Position numbers and translations under genes: made by a program. DNA of 64,000 nt from contig NC_068983.1 of assembly GCF_001194135.2 (NCBI RefSeq), positions 85,371,517 through 85,435,516 of the forward strand, given 5' to 3'. Source of the DNA: Octopus bimaculoides. Its lineage: Eukaryota. The notes below the pieces were generated by a model that saw only the letters and a list, made by a program, of their open reading frames with translations, was not told the origin of the DNA and did not search any database. Of this stretch, positions 26,975-41,590 are shown piece by piece (the first letter of the stretch is position 1; every line of letters begins with the position of its first letter).

Positions 26975-27308
26975 TTAATAGAAGGAGGCCAAGACTTAAA
27001 GACAAGTCAGAAGAGCAGTGTTCATAGTAAAAGAGATAAATGGACTAAAACTTGAATTCCAACAAGATGGCAAAGTTTGGTGTGCCTTAACAGAGTATAG
27101 GGAACAGACATTTGACAAGTAAAAACAAAGAAAACTGACTAGGGCCAACTCAATAACAATAACTCTAATAGATTCCCGATTTAAATTGTCTATTCCTCTC
27201 TGTAATATTTTTGTACATAAACAGTCTCTTGAACCAATAAAATAGGGTTCATAACTATGTGATTGTTTGACTTATTAGAAATAGTAGTTACACATTCTAC
27301 CATCTTAA

Positions 27309-27523
27309 CCTTTTAGCATTTAGATTGCTCAGTCAAATATAATGCTTATCTATTCACATTGTTTTGAATTAATCATGCATTAACTCATAGTTTCGAGATT
27401 TCAATAATGGGATTTATTTTCCAGAGTGACATTGAAAGATAGGTGTAAAAGGCTAGATCAAGCCATTAACATAAAACAGGTAGAATATTTGGGTTTGATA
27501 TGGCCAATTTAAATGCTAAAGAG
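27309..27523 (-). mobile_element. piggyBac-type MITE family D
   Basis: TTAA|CCTTTTAGCATT...AATGCTAAAGAG|TTAA. Confidence 0.8.
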
Positions 27524-28039
27524 TTAAATAAGTTCACATTGAACAACATACCTTCTCATATACAAAAGAGAATGGGGTGCTTACAGCTTGAATACCTTTT
27601 TGATTATAGGCCTAAAATCAGAACTTACATGTCATATACAATATGTGATGCTTTCCCTACCCCCCACATCTTTTCCCCTTTCACATCTTCCAGTTTATAT
27701 CTATCCCTTCTTTTTGTAGCATTTTTAGCTTATGACCATATTCAAGCACTGCCTACTTTCCCATCATTTAACTAGTGTCGCTTATTCTCTTTCTCCATAA
27801 AAACAAAAAAAAAAAAGAATTAACTCAATACACTGTGCTAAAAGACATCGGAGGAGATTAACAACTTCCAAATACACTATGAAGACACTACGGTTACAGA
27901 AAGAGAACAGCACTTCTTTCAAGTGACTGGTGCTTAATTACACTAAGCTCCACCAAGCGGTGATACTTGAGGAGGAGATCATCAAATCATGATAGCACAC
28001 ATCCATCTCCCAAATAAACTGGTTGGCTCCCAAAATCGG

Positions 28040-28290
28040 GTATTAGTGGTAATGCTTGTAATGGTGAACATGGTGTGTTGGCAATGATGGTAAAAATATT
28101 GCCGATAATGGCCATCATGGTGGTGGCAGTGACAGCCAACACAGTGCATAGAGTGGTGGTAATAGTGGTGATGGTAGTAATAATGAACATGGTGATGATG
28201 GTAATGATGATTGTGGTGATGGTAGTGGTAATACTAGTGACAATGGTAATAATGGTAAGCATGGTGATGGCAACATAGTGAAGGATGAGT
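28040..28290. repeat. Degenerate (GGT/GAT/AAT)n trinucleotide tract
   Basis: Directly visible; explains ORFs 27987-28309. Confidence 0.85.
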
Positions 28291-31200
28291 GACAATAGTG
28301 TTCAACCATTCTTAAATACTGCTGGCAGTTAAACTATTACTTCAAACTAAGTCTCTTTTATATTCTCATGGTTTCCAATGTCATTTCTGAAAAGCAATGC
28401 AGATCTCATGCTTTTTAGAAAAAGTATATTAAGAGTTTCCTTTTTATTTCCCACACACACACACAAAGACATTTCTTGTTTCAAAATATATATTTGTGAC
28501 AGAGGCAGTATTAATACCGAGGGATAATATTTATCCCCACTTAAACATGGATCTTCTGTTAGAACAAATTATACTGCGGGAGTTATCATGAAAGAAATTC
28601 CCATACTGGCTTTTGGTGCAAAATATTACTTCTTGTTTCATGATTAAAAAATTTTTTTTTTTCAATTGCTAGTCTGCTGCTTCCTCTTCCCAAAATATGC
28701 CAAATCAAAATACAAACTGCACACAAGAAATATAGCAGCACAGTTTGGTTCTTCATTTGTCAATTAGTTATACGGCCTTGTATTTAATTAAAAGGTTCTT
28801 TTTGCAATTATGTGGTTCCAGGTTTGTTCCCACTACCCAGTACCTTTAGACACACGTTCTATCTTAGACTTAGATCCACACAATTCTTGAGAGTATAACT
28901 GACTAAACAGAAAAAACTGAATGAAAGATCATCAGACTGCACTTGTTCTTTAGTTGTAGACATAGAATTAATCTGTTGCTTGATTTAACACGTTCCTCTG
29001 GTTTTTGAGAGCCTCAGCAAAGTTCTCACTGTTGCAATGTTCAAACCAGATCCCCAAACAGAGGCAGATGTGCTGCTTCCTTACTGCAGCAACTAGCATG
29101 TCACGGTTTTTCCTGCCCCACCACAACCAATCTCCACTACCAGTCTTAGAGCCCTTGAAAAAAGCTATAACACTGCCCTTTCTCCTCTTGCTAAAGAGCA
29201 CACATGTGTGTGTGTATGTGTGTGCATGTGCATATACGATTGCACAAAATGCCCCTCTTCCACAATGATCACACATTTCTGCTGACACATTGCCAAGTCC
29301 ACTAAATTTTCAAGTGCATATTACAGAGAGGGGGGAGGGACTAGAATTAATCACCAAAAGATTTGAAGAATCTAGAAATGTCTCCCTGTAGCTAAAATAG
29401 ATTCAGTAAATATCCTCTGAACTATTGTTTCCATTTCCATACTGTTTTATCCAAAACATTTATTTGACGTATTTATACATAATCTGAAAACAAGTATGAG
29501 TTAAGCTAATTAACCAATTCTATTGAAAGTTATGTTTTAATATATAAAGATGCATGAGGCAAAATGTGCAATAGACCACTTTATAGATAAAATGTTAATT
29601 ATATGCTTGTTGAAGAGATAGCTTTGAAATATTGCAAAAACTAAAGAATAAAAAGGATGCTTATAGGAAAACTTTACATAAGTAAGTCAAGCTAAATATA
29701 AAGCAAACTTAATCTACCCAAAGAACAATGCCAACTGAATGTGATGGGTGGGGTCCCTTAACCTAAATGGGCTGGTATGCAGTTAGTACATGCTTCTTGA
29801 AAAGAAATAGAACCTAGAGGCAATCATGATTGCTTCCAATGCAGTTTTGCTATTCTTAACAGTTAGAGCACAGATTTACAAATCTTTATGTATAGAGTCT
29901 GGCTGGCACCTTAACAGTAAGATAATGATCTGTCTACACACAAGCAGGTTATTCAGTGATAACTTCAGTAATAACTTCAGTAATAACAACACCAACAACA
30001 ATCAAAGCTCTGAATTAAGAGACAAGACACAGAACAAATTTAAAACTGGCAACGTTAGCTTCTGGCACAATTTACACAGCTCAATATTTCTTCTTCTGTC
30101 ATGAGTGAAGGGGAAAATCTATAAGTTTGGGGCCCCAGGGGAAAGCAAAGTATCGACATTATGTATGTATAAATAGCATTCTTTTTTTTTATTTACTTTT
30201 TGTTGCTTTCACTTTCTTGTGCTTCTTCTTCCAAGCTGACATAGCTTAGGCATGTCTCTGAGGCAACATTTGGAACAATTCCAGTGCACATAATATTGGC
30301 ATACTATTAGAGAATAAGGTGACACAGGGTGATTGTAACATATATTATTGCAGATGAGGTTTTATGAGTGAAGATCCTTCATATTGCCAGCCTATTCAAC
30401 ACTTATAGGACCACTATTATATAAAAACAAAAAACATTTACACTTTATAAAATACTTTGCCTCTCTTTAATCTTAATTCCAAAATTTAGATTAAATTTTA
30501 AGTGTTTGAATTCATAAACATAAGTCTATGTGGTGAAGGGCATTATATATTCTCCAGTAGAAGAAAATGATGCAATCTGAAATATTTTATACCAAAATTT
30601 GGAAGTGCAATAGAATGGATTATTCATTAGATGGATAACATTGATTTATGGTGAGAACTGAGGACCGCTCGTTTGTACTGTGGAACACAGAAAAATGAAA
30701 GAGAGAGAGAGAGACAATAGGAGAAAGAGACAAAAGAGAGCAAGTGAAAAAAGGAGAGAAAAGTGGGAGAAAGAGAGAGAAATTAAGAAAGAGAAAGCGA
30801 AAAACAAAAGGAAGAGAGAGACAAAGAGAAAGATATAAAAAAAAGAGATGAGGATTACAAAAGGACTCAACTGTGATATCAGTCTAGGACATTTGTTGTT
30901 TTTGTTATTTTTGTTTAATACCACATCAGTAGACCTATGACAAAATATATTACAGTCCTCCCCTACATTATCCACTACATAATTCTGAAAGTGTATTTAG
31001 GTCTATATTACTCTCTCTTTCTCTCTCTCTCTCTGTTTTCAATAGCATGGAGTGATTTGAATACAATGTGACTATTCTTTCTAACCATGAACAGTTTCCA
31101 CTTTAGCTCATTACAACTTCTTTTGTAACAATTTTTACAACTTTATTATGTGAAGGACTAAGAAGGGTGTACATATTCAATCCCTTTTAATATCACCCTA

Positions 31201-31309
31201 CTTGACACTGCTCCTGGTTCTAGGACATAAATTTCCTGCTTTAAAGTAATTTAAATTAAAACCTCCCATCAGAATTTTAGGTTAATTTTGGTTCCTCAAA
31301 CCAGCTTAA

Positions 31310-31514
31310 CCCATTTGATATCAACCTGTCTCAGACGGTTCTTAAGTCTATGACAGAAATTTCCTGTTTAAAGTGATCTAAATTACAATTTTCCATCAAA
31401 ATTCTATGTTAATTTGTGATAATGACAAAGTTATTTTACTAAATTCTTCATTATTTTCAAAATTATTTAAAACAGGAGCAGTAGATTTCAATAGGAGTAT
31501 GATAACAAAAAGTG
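31310..31514 (+). mobile_element. piggyBac-type MITE family E
   Basis: TTAA|CCCATTTGATATC...AACAAAAAGTG|TTAA; internal TTATTTTACTAAATTCTTCATTATTTTCAAAATT shared with 19966-20159. Confidence 0.75.
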
Positions 31515-33340
31515 TTAATAACAAAATGATTAATATCAAAATAGGACTGGATGAGAGGAAGACATCTGTGACAATTTTGAGGGCAAGCAGATATTTGCAA
31601 GTCATACTGTACTGTCAAGTAAAAAAAATGTAAGCATCCTGCTAAGTAAATAACTAGGAAAATGTTTCATTTTGCAACTTCAGTTGTTTTGAGAATGTTA
31701 CTTTGGGGAAAAATTGGAGCTGGTTGGAATAATGAATGCAGGAAGCAAACGGTTTAGCTATCACACTGACATAGATAATAACCAATTTTGTTAATATATT
31801 TTAAACTCAGTTCAGCCTTGATCAAACAGACTTCTAAGATGATGATAATGATGATATACATATATACACATATCTATCTACATACAAACATGCACACAAT
31901 ACATACATATACAAACATACACACACGCACACACTCATATATATATATACACATACACATATATATGCATGCAACATACTAATATATCTATTTATTGTTA
32001 CTTATGCCTAGGTCATTCCTGATGAAGCAGAACTATGACCAAAGATTTTTTTCTTTTTTTTTTTCAGAAAATCAATCAAGATTACATTAGCCAATGTCTC
32101 ATTCTTTTTTTTAAGCCGTATAGTGTGATTTCACAAAGATCTTTGTTGCTAAATCTTGCAAGCAGGGCAACTATCTGGAATAAGGCTCATGGAGAACTAG
32201 TTACACAAATAGCATACATAAATATAATATATGTAATGCTAAAATGACAAATTCTAATGCAACTTTTCACCACAATGCCTTACAGCATAAACAAACTATG
32301 ACAAGATGATGAAGATTTGAGCAAGTTGTTTTGGGGAAAGTGTGGAAGTTAAGGTTCAAAATTCGTGTTTGGTTGTATGTGCAAGAGAGGTAGGAAATGA
32401 GAGACAGACAGACAGAGAAGAACAGAAAGTCAGAGAGAGAACAGAAAAGAGAGGGAATAAAAAGTCAGAGAATGAGAAGCAGACAGAGAGACAAGAAGAA
32501 AGAGTGAGAGAGATTGAGACACATATTAGAGATAAACATATCTAAAATCCATGGAAAAATGGTTAGAATGTGGTTCCACTAAAAGTTTTGTCAGAATTTG
32601 AGAATTCAAAATATTTTGCCTAGTTTCTATAGTCTATTTTAGCAGCACTGAGTGGAATCAAGAAAACATTAAGTACACATATGTATGCATGTGTATGTGT
32701 GCATTTGCACACAGAGAAATGCATTCATGAAAGTGTGTGTGTGTGTGTGTGTGTGTGTGGATAGTTTTACAAAAAAAAAACAAAAAAAAAAACAAAAACA
32801 GTTTCAAAGTAGATTTGCAGTGGAGATTCTTTTGTAATCAATTTCCTTCCTGATATAAGCAATGGAAATGAAAACTTCAGTCGAGATACTCTTCCTAGTC
32901 ATGCATTTGGTTATCAGGTCTTAAACTTCAAATTTGACATGGAAGAAGAAGAAAAAAAACTATAAATTCAAAAGTTATATCCTTAAAATTTTTTCACAAG
33001 AATGATCTTAACTAATTTATTGCATCCATTTTCTCCAACAAATCATTGCTTAGTTCCAGATTCACTCTGATAGTGCAGACATATAATTAAGTATGCCCCC
33101 CTCATAATAATCATCTCTTCTATTACCATCATTATTGTCATAATGTATCTTGGACTACAATATGCAATGTGTCCTTTTTTTTTTTTTTTTTTAGATAACA
33201 GGATGTGAATTGAATGAAATTTGGCTGCTGTTTCCAGCAGGTCAAACAAAAGTATAGAGGCTCTTATGTAAGCTCATTTTATTTATTAGTTTATACCAAA
33301 GACAAGCCAAAATATAAAACTATATTTTGCAGAGTTTTAC

Positions 33341-33718
33341 CATGTGGTTGTGTGTTAAGAAGTTTGCATCCGAACCACATGGTTGCAGGTTCAGTCCCAT
33401 TGCATGGCACCTTGGGTAAGTGTCTTCTACTATAGCCTCAGGTTGACCAAAGCCGTGTGAGCAGATTTGGTAGATGGAAACTGAAGGAAGCCCAATATCT
33501 ATATGCATGTGTCTTTGTGTCTGCCCCCCCCCCCATGACCACCACCACCTGACTATGGGTGTTGCTGTGTTTACATCCCCATGACTTAACACCTCAGCAA
33601 AAGAGAATAAGTGCTAGGCGTTAAAAAAATTCCTGGGATCAATTTGTTCAACTAAAGCCCTTCAAGATGGTGCCCCAGCATGGTTGCAGTCAAATGACTG
33701 AAACAAATAAAAGATAAA
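33341..33718 (+). mobile_element. SINE family A
   Basis: GGTTCAGTCCCATTGCATGGCACCTTGGGTAAGTGTCTTCTACTATAGCC...CAGTCAAATGACTGAAAC. Confidence 0.85.
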
Positions 33719-34272
33719 ACACACTCAGAATTCTGGTAGGATGAGGCTCGTTACTGCCTGTAAGAAAGAAGATAAAACCAACACAAAATATCTCCAAATT
33801 ACTCGATTTTTGCCAAAATAAAACACTTAACACTGATAAATCAAGCTGAATATAATATAATTCATTAATTTTCCACAGCTATGGACAAATACGAAAGTAT
33901 TACTTCAACATTGCTTCTCTGTTGAGGCTTTGTTTCCATCATTAATTTACCATTTTTACATTTACAGCAAACTTAGGATTGCTGGCATGTTGCAGAGCGG
34001 TTTATTAAACCCTTTCTGAAGCAAAGGTAGAACAACAAAGGCAGATAATGAAGAGATTTGTATTCACAAAGAGAACATATAAAAGTATAACAATCAATCA
34101 GGGGTGAATAGACATCTCTGAAACAGAAAGGAGGGAATACATACATCTGATTGGTGGTGGTGGTGGTGGAATATGAATAGGCATACGCACAGACGTTCAC
34201 TTACTCACACACACACACTAACACAAACATACACAGCATGTGCACACAAACACACAAACATAAACAGTATGT

Positions 34273-34322
<50 letters not shown>

Positions 34323-35307
34323 ATCAAGTAAGTTCTGCAAAGAATAGCTGGAAGAGAGATGCTGAGTCAAGATAATAATATCACAAACACAACAGCTTTT
34401 AACAAATTGACAGTTTATAATATATAATACTCTTCAAGGTGAACCTATTTCCTGTAAAAATGGAAAAAAGCCCTCCCAGAAAAGACACGAGTTGTTATTG
34501 TCATTATTATTTAGCCACAGGTCAGCTCTTATCAAGAAAACCTATAATCAAAGCCATTCCACTCACAACTGTCATGTCCTATTATTCGAGCTCAGTATGC
34601 CCACCAGACTAGGTTCACCAATGTCTTTTCTCTTGCAAGACAGTTAGGAAGTGGTTTAAAAGATTTGACTGCTACTGCTAGCAAATCAGGTTCTCACAGT
34701 GTCATTCATCCAAGTAGCCAAGATATCGACGAGTTGCAGGAACTACTTTATCTTAAGACATTTTTTTGCTCAATACTTCTATTTGTCTAGGTTTGTCCCA
34801 TACAACACAAACAGATCTTTCTCTCTAATAAAGATAAATCCATTATTTATAGATTTATTTTCCCAGACATTTTGAGCAGACTATTTTCCTTTTATTTAAT
34901 TTTTCTTTCTTTTTTTTTTTTTTGAGGGTGATGATGTTAGCTATCTCATTTTTCCATGCAAGAAGGAGCAGAGTAGTTTTTTGCTGGAATAATATTTTTT
35001 CTACATTTAAATGTGTGTGTATATAGTATGATACTAATTTATCACTGCATGATAAGTGATAAGTAGTCTTATTTCCTATCTTAACTTAAACCATTTTGCT
35101 TCTGTAAACATGCCATACAATGGTAATGTGTAAACAATTCTTACATTGCCTCTATCTACAAATTTATTTACAAAATACTGGCTTGTTTGCCCTTGATGGT
35201 TCTGGAATAAATTTCAAAACACACCCATTTGAAGGCCAAAGATGTTTACCATTCATATACATCACCATCATTTCTTTGTTTTTGTTTATTTTGTTTTGTT
35301 TTTCCAG

Positions 35308-35354
35308 CGGATAGGCGCAGTTCCAAAACCAAAAGATATTCAACTGTAGAATGA
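35308..35354 (+). CDS. Candidate terminal coding exon (RIGAVPKPKDIQL* or xDRRSSKTKRYSTVE*)
   Basis: Long pyrimidine tract ending TTTTTCCAG| at 35307, CpG-containing start, two plausible frames. No partner exon established. Confidence 0.25.
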
Positions 35355-35579
35355 CAGAGCATGCATAACAATTACCAATAAGAGACTGACAGAGACAAAA
35401 ATGGACAGACCCAGTTTTACTTGCAAAACAAAAACATTTAATTTTGATAATTCAATTAACAATCATTAAAATTACACCCCACCCCATCTACTGCAATTCA
35501 AAAAGTTATTTGGCACGTAAACCTAAATTAACGCTTCCGTTACTTAAAAAGGAAAGCAATAATAATAATGGTTTCAAAT

Positions 35580-37600
35580 TTTGCTACAAGGACAAAAATT
35601 TTGGCAGAGGGGATGAGTCGATTATGTCAACCCTGAAAGGATGAAAGGCAAAGTCAACCTCAGTGGAATTTGAACTCAGAACATAGGTGACAGGTGAAAT
35701 ACTGCTAAGCATTTTGTCTAGCATGCTAACGATTCTACCAGTTTGTCATCTATTATTAATAATCCTTTCTACTATAAGCACACGGCCTGAAATTTGTGGG
35801 GGCTGGGGGCCCTAGTGAATTACATAGATCCCAGTGCTCAACTGGAGCTTATTTTATTGACCCTGAAAGGATCAAAGGCAAAGTCAACCCCAGCAAAATT
35901 TTATCCAGCTTTCTAATGATTCTGCCAGCTCTTCACTTTAAAAACAAAGTTGACCATACAGGATTTGAACTAAGAATGTCAAGAGCCAAAAGAGATGCAA
36001 CCAAGCATTTTGTCAAGCATACTAACAATGCTGCCGGGCTCACTGCCGAAAGACTATTGAAAGTTTGTGGACACCTAAGGTTACAGATAGTAACCCACTA
36101 CCGACCTAAATTCTACCAGGAATAAAGACAAACCGGAGTCAAATCAATAAAAAAATAATAATCCTTTCTGCTACAAGCACAAGGCCTGAATTTTGTGGAG
36201 AGGGGCAAGTCGATTACATCAACCAGAGTACTCAATTGGTACTTAATTTATCGACCCCAAAAGGATGAAAGGGCAAAGTCAACCTAGGCGGTGTTTGAAC
36301 TCAGAACACGAAGACAGATGATATGCTGCTAAGCATTTGGCCTGGCATGCTAACGATTCTGCCAGCTCATCACTAATAATCATAATAATAATAATCTATT
36401 ATAAGGCCTGAAATTTTGTGGGAGGTGACTAATTGGATACATCAACCCCGAAAGGATGAATAATCATCATCATAATAATAATAATGGTTTCAAATTTTGG
36501 CACAGGACCAGCAATTTTCTCAGAGTAGTTGGAGGAAGTCGAATGCAAGGAGTCCAATATTCAACTGGTACTTGGTAATGAACACCTGGTATGTATTATT
36601 ATCTCTTTTAATATGGCTTAAAATCTTAAGTGGATTACATACTCGGTGCCCATCAACAAGTCATACAACCTCAGATACAGAATACTATTCCTAGTTTGTT
36701 GGTAGTTCCAAGAAGTGCCAATTTCTATAAGGATACAATGCCAGGTGTTATATTTAGCTTGTTCGTGTATGTTTTGGTAACTTGTTAGGAATGGAGCCAA
36801 GGGTACTAATTACTATTCTCACAACTTCAGTTTGTATTCCACATTCTTGAAATTTGCAATCAAATCTTCAAATAATTATGTCTTCCCATGCTCTCTGCTA
36901 GCTATATCATGGTCACCTAGAATGGCTACATCTATAACGTAGCATTTCTGAGTCTGATTATTATTATTATTGTAAGGCAACAAGCTGGCAGAATCATTAG
37001 CACACCAGGCAAAATGTTTAGTGCCTTTCATCCTTTCAGGGTCGATAAAATAAGAACCAGTTGAGTACTGGAATTGGTATAATTGACTAACCCCCACCCC
37101 AAATTTCATGCCTTGTGCCTATAGTAGAAATTACTATTATTATTATTATTATTATTATTAGTAGTAGTAGTAGTATTATTATAAGGCAACAAGTGGACAG
37201 AATTGTTAGTATGCCAGGCGAAATGCTTAGCAGCATTTCGTCCAACCTTACATTCTTAGTTCAAATTCTGCTGAGGTCAGCTTTGCCTTTCAATCTTTTC
37301 AGGATTGACAAATTAAGTACCAGTTGAACACTGGGGTTGATGTAATCAACTTACACCCTCCCCTAAATTACTAGTCCTGTGCCAAAATTTGAAATCATCA
37401 TTATTATAATTAGGGCGACAAGCTGGCAGAATTGTTAGCACGCCAGACAAAGTGCTTAACGATATTTCATCTGTCTTTTCAATCTAAATTCAAATTCTGC
37501 CATTGTCAATTTTGCCTTTCATCCTTTTGGGGTCAATTAAAAAAGTACCGTTCAGCACTGGGTTTGATATAATTTACTAAACCTCTTCCCCCAAATTTCA
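35580..37600. mobile_element. Cluster of about 7 diverged SINE family B copies in both orientations, separated by (ATT/AAT)n
   Basis: Repeated GCTGGCAGAAT.GTTAGCA head and CCTTTCATCCT...GGGGTCGAT...AAGTACCAGTTGA core, or their reverse complements. Confidence 0.8.
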
Positions 37601-37612
37601 GGCCTTCAGTTT

Positions 37613-38243
37613 GTCTTTTATCTATTACATGTTTCAGTTGTTAGACTGCAACCATGCTGGGGCACCACCTTGAAGAATTTTTAGAAGAATGAATTGATCC
37701 CAGTACTTATTTTTTTTTAAAGCCTAGTACTTATTCTATTGATCTCTTTTTTTGAACCACTAAGTTACAGGGATGTAAACATACCAACACGTGCATAGAT
37801 GTGTATGTGTACACACACACACACACACACACATACACACACACACAACAGTCTTCTTTCAGTTTCTACCTACCAAATCCATTCACAAGGCCTGAGGCAA
37901 CTAGAAGACACTTGCCCAAGATGTCATGAAGTGGGACTAAACTTGAAACCATGTGGTTGGGAAGCAAACTTCTTATTTCTTTACTGCCCACAAGGGGCTA
38001 CACACAGAGGGGACAAACAAGGACAGACAAACGGATTAAGTCGATTATATCGACTCCAGTGCGTAACTGGTACTTATTTAATCGACCCCGAAAGGATGAA
38101 AGGTAAAGTCAACCTCGGCGGAATTTGAACTCAGAACGTAACGGCAGACGAAATATTGCTAAGCATTTCGCCCAGTGTGCTAAAGTTTCTGCCAGCTCGC
38201 CGCCTTAAGCAAACTTCTTACCACACAGCTATGCTTGCACCTA
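37613..38243 (-). mobile_element. SINE family A copy split by a family B insertion
   Basis: A sequence continues across the insert: ...GGGAAGCAAACTTCTTA | insert | AAGCAAACTTCTTACCACACAGC. Confidence 0.85.
37976..38206 (-). mobile_element. SINE family B, full length, young
   Basis: Perfect 14-bp TSD AAGCAAACTTCTTA (37962-37975, 38207-38220); close to the reverse complement of 62913-63144. Confidence 0.92.
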
Positions 38244-38666
38244 TAAAAATATACCCATCATGACTACTTGTCTGATAAGGGTACACCAGGCATATGTATC
38301 ACAACCGTATGTGCGTGACATGGTGATCTCATACCGAAATAAACAGCACATGACCTTGCCGGTGGGGGTCCAGTTATTGTTATTATATAATTGTTCAACA
38401 TTTGTTAGTTACAGGGATGCTGTAATAATAATTGTTTCTAACAAAGGTACAAGCCCAGGAATTTGGTGGGTAGGGGTTAGTTAATAAATTCAAACCCAGT
38501 TCTTGACTGACACTATAATTTACTGACCCTGGAAGAATAAAAGATAAAGTTAAGCTCAGCAGAATTTGAACTCAGAATGTCAAGAGCAAGAGCTGGATGA
38601 AATTAAATACCACAAACCATACTTCTGATACTGCAAATCGAACACCTTTGATGAAAAAATGTTTAT

Positions 38667-38830
38667 AGGTGCAGGAGTGGCTATGTGGTAAGTAGCTTGC
38701 TTACCAACCACATGGTTCCGGGTTCATTCCCACTACGTGGCACCTTGGGCAAGTGTCTTCTACTGTAGCCTCGGGCCGACCAAAGCCTTGTGAGTGGATT
38801 TGGTAGACAGAAACTGAAAGAAGCCCGTCG

Positions 38831-38872
<42 letters not shown>

Positions 38873-39078
38873 TCCCCCCACCATCGCTTGACAACCGATG
38901 CTGGTGTGTTTACGTCCCCGTAACTTAGCGGTTCAGCAAAAGTGACCGATAGAATAAGTACTAGGCTTCCAAAGAATAAGTCCTGGGGTCGATCTGCTCG
39001 ACTAAAAGCAGTGCTCCAGCATGGCCGCAGTCAAATGACTGAAACAAATAAAAGAGTAAGAGAGTAAAAGAGTAAAGA
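38667..39078 (+). mobile_element. SINE family A, full length, CpG-rich (young)
   Basis: Intact A-box/B-box-like head, internal (TG)n, tail ending in (AAGAGTA)n. Confidence 0.92.
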
Positions 39079-39715
39079 GATAAGGTCAGCAGTTTTGAGG
39101 AAAGATAAACAATTAAATACATCAACCCCAGTATATGACTTGTACTTCATTTTATGGAACCTTAACGGAAAAAAGACAAAACTGATCCCAGCAGGATTTG
39201 AATTCAGAACAGAAATAGCCAGAACAAATACTGCAAGGCACTTTTTTCTTTTTCATTTTCCAAAGCTCTATTGATTCTGCCAGTCAACCATCCTACTACC
39301 AATCTACCTCTAATGATGATAATGTTAAATAATGATAACAACTACAACAGCAACAGTACCAGTCACCAAAATACCAGACGCTATTCTGTAACTTTGCTTT
39401 GTTAGGAAAAAAAGAAAGAAAATACCATAATTAAACAATGTGGAATTTCAAATGAAGAAATATTGAAAAACCCTGCTTTGATAAATTTACACAATCAGCT
39501 TGCTCAATCAATTGAGCAACAACAGAAAGTAATCTGGATGGTTGTGAACAATATAGTAAAGCAAGAAAAACAGCAAGTCATTGGAACATGCTAGCAGGGT
39601 GGGTTGTCTTGTGCTGCAACTAAGATGCTCTCAAACAAATACAAGTCAAGTAAGCAAACTAATTCTAGCAAATAAACAACAGATATGTAATAAATTATAC
39701 TTGTTTGCCAACAAA

Positions 39716-39762
<47 letters not shown>

Positions 39763-41590
39763 NNNNNNNNNNNNNNNNNNNNNNNNNNNNNNNNNNNNNN
39801 NNNNNNNNNNNNNNNNNNNNNNNNNNNNNNNNNNNNNNNNNNNNNNNNNNNNNNNNNNNNNNNNNNNNNNNNNNNNNNNNNNNNNNNNNNNNNNNNNNNN
39901 NNNNNNNNNNNNNNNNNNNNNNNNNNNNNNNNNNNNNNNNNNNNNNNNNNNNNNNNNNNNNNNNNNNNNNNNNNNNNNNNNNNNNNNNNNNNNNNNNNNN
40001 NNNNNNNNNNNNNNNNNNNNNNNNNNNNNNNNNNNNNNNNNNNNNNNNNNNNNNNNNNNNNNNNNNNNNNNNNNNNNNNNNNNNNNNNNNNNNNNNNNNN
40101 NNNNNNNNNNNNNNNNNNNNNNNNNNNNNNNNNNNNNNNNNNNNNNNNNNNNNNNNNNNNNNNNNNNNNNNNNNNNNNNNNNNNNNNNNNNNNNNNTTAA
40201 ATAAAAAAAAAAAAAACTTTAATAAAATTGACATAATTATTTAGATATTTTATGATGGAATTAGGTTTACAGAAGGCTAAAACATTCCTCTAGCCACTAA
40301 ATGTGATTTTTTCTGTTTAAAGCTTAATTTCAGGGACATCACTCAAACTTTTCCAGCCCTTCAAGAGACCAGGGTTAGAAAGAGGATCATAGTATAATCA
40401 TTGTTTAGTTTGAATTTTGCAGATGAACAGTTGCAAGAGTCACAGTGTTAGGAAGGAGCTTCAAAAAGATGTAGATTTTTAAAGGTAGGATTATTATATA
40501 AATTGTTTGAAGATTAGAATCAGTGAAGAAAAGAACAATTCACAGTTGAATTGCAAGTTTAACTCAAACTTACCTTGTATGTTTACATCAAACAAAATAT
40601 CAAAGCTAAATATAATACATTCATGCTTTAGCAAGCATTCAAACCAGATCCATTCTTCCCTCTCTACCTACAGATTTGCACCAAGCATCAACCATATTGA
40701 TCTCATCTGTCTTGTTATGAGCACTGCCTCTCTACCTCTGGCTTACTTATTAAAGAAATAACAATATTAATATCTAAGATTTATTCAATCTAATAGATTG
40801 AATAAACTAGATTGTGTAAGGATGGAAAATAAATGTGAACTCCTTTAACGCAAATGAAAATATTTAATGGCTGACAGGATTTAGGTCCAGTGCAGATGTT
40901 ACCCAACAGCTACATAAACAAGCTGAAGTGAGCATATTGAGATACACTACAAGACATTACCTAGTGGTCTAGTACTCTACAGCCATGTGAACTGAGGTGA
41001 GGTAGAGAAACAATACAAAACATTTCAAGCATTGGTACCAACAGTGAATATGTTTGCTCTCAAAATGAAATAAACACAACAGGAGTAAATTTGGCTGTCA
41101 GATAACCTAACAATTATAAAACTGCCATCAAGCATTGATTTCTTTAGATTCTTATATTTGCTCTAATTAGAAACAGTCCACTTCAATATCTTTCTTCCAT
41201 CAAGCCAATCCTGTGTCACATTTACCTATTTCATTAAGTCACATGGCTGGTTAAAAATTAAAACTGTTCTTTTACCATTTAAAAAAAAAAAAAGTTTCTA
41301 CAAACATTAACATTAAGAATTAAAAATTGTTTGTCTGATAGTCACAAAACCACAGTTAAAGTAGTGACAGATTAAATGCGTCCTAGTATGCTGCTGGTAC
41401 TTTTTTTTTTTTTTTGCAATTTACAACAGTAATACAAATGCCAATATCAACCCTGGTGAGATTTAAACTCCGGAACATGAAATAAATATAAATATAAACA
41501 TTGGAGCCATTCTGGTTCCTAAACCTTATAGGTTAAATTAGTCAAAGTAATTAGTACCTAACCAATTTATGGAACTCAGGGCAGGTCAGA

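Noticed and set aside
27830-27990. Protein-like stretch EINNFQIHYEDTTVTEREQHFFQVTGA
   Set aside because: Bounded by stops, no usable splice sites, no recognised family.
28968-29288. About 100-aa ORFs on both strands
   Set aside because: No motif; starts within a (CA)n tract; possibly decayed retroelement sequence.
30620-30677. Minus-strand terminal exon candidate after a long pyrimidine tract
   Set aside because: The tract is a GA-rich low-complexity repeat; all three frames stop within 20 codons; no upstream exon could be tied to it.
39406-39594. 62-codon plus-strand frame EKKKENTIIKQCG...VIGTC after a TAG acceptor
   Set aside because: A-rich strand naturally poor in stops; no domain recognised and no supporting neighbour exon.
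40578-40609. 32-nt minus-strand exon candidate FDILFDVNIQ with donor CAAG|GTAAGT
   Set aside because: Good donor but weak acceptor and no context.
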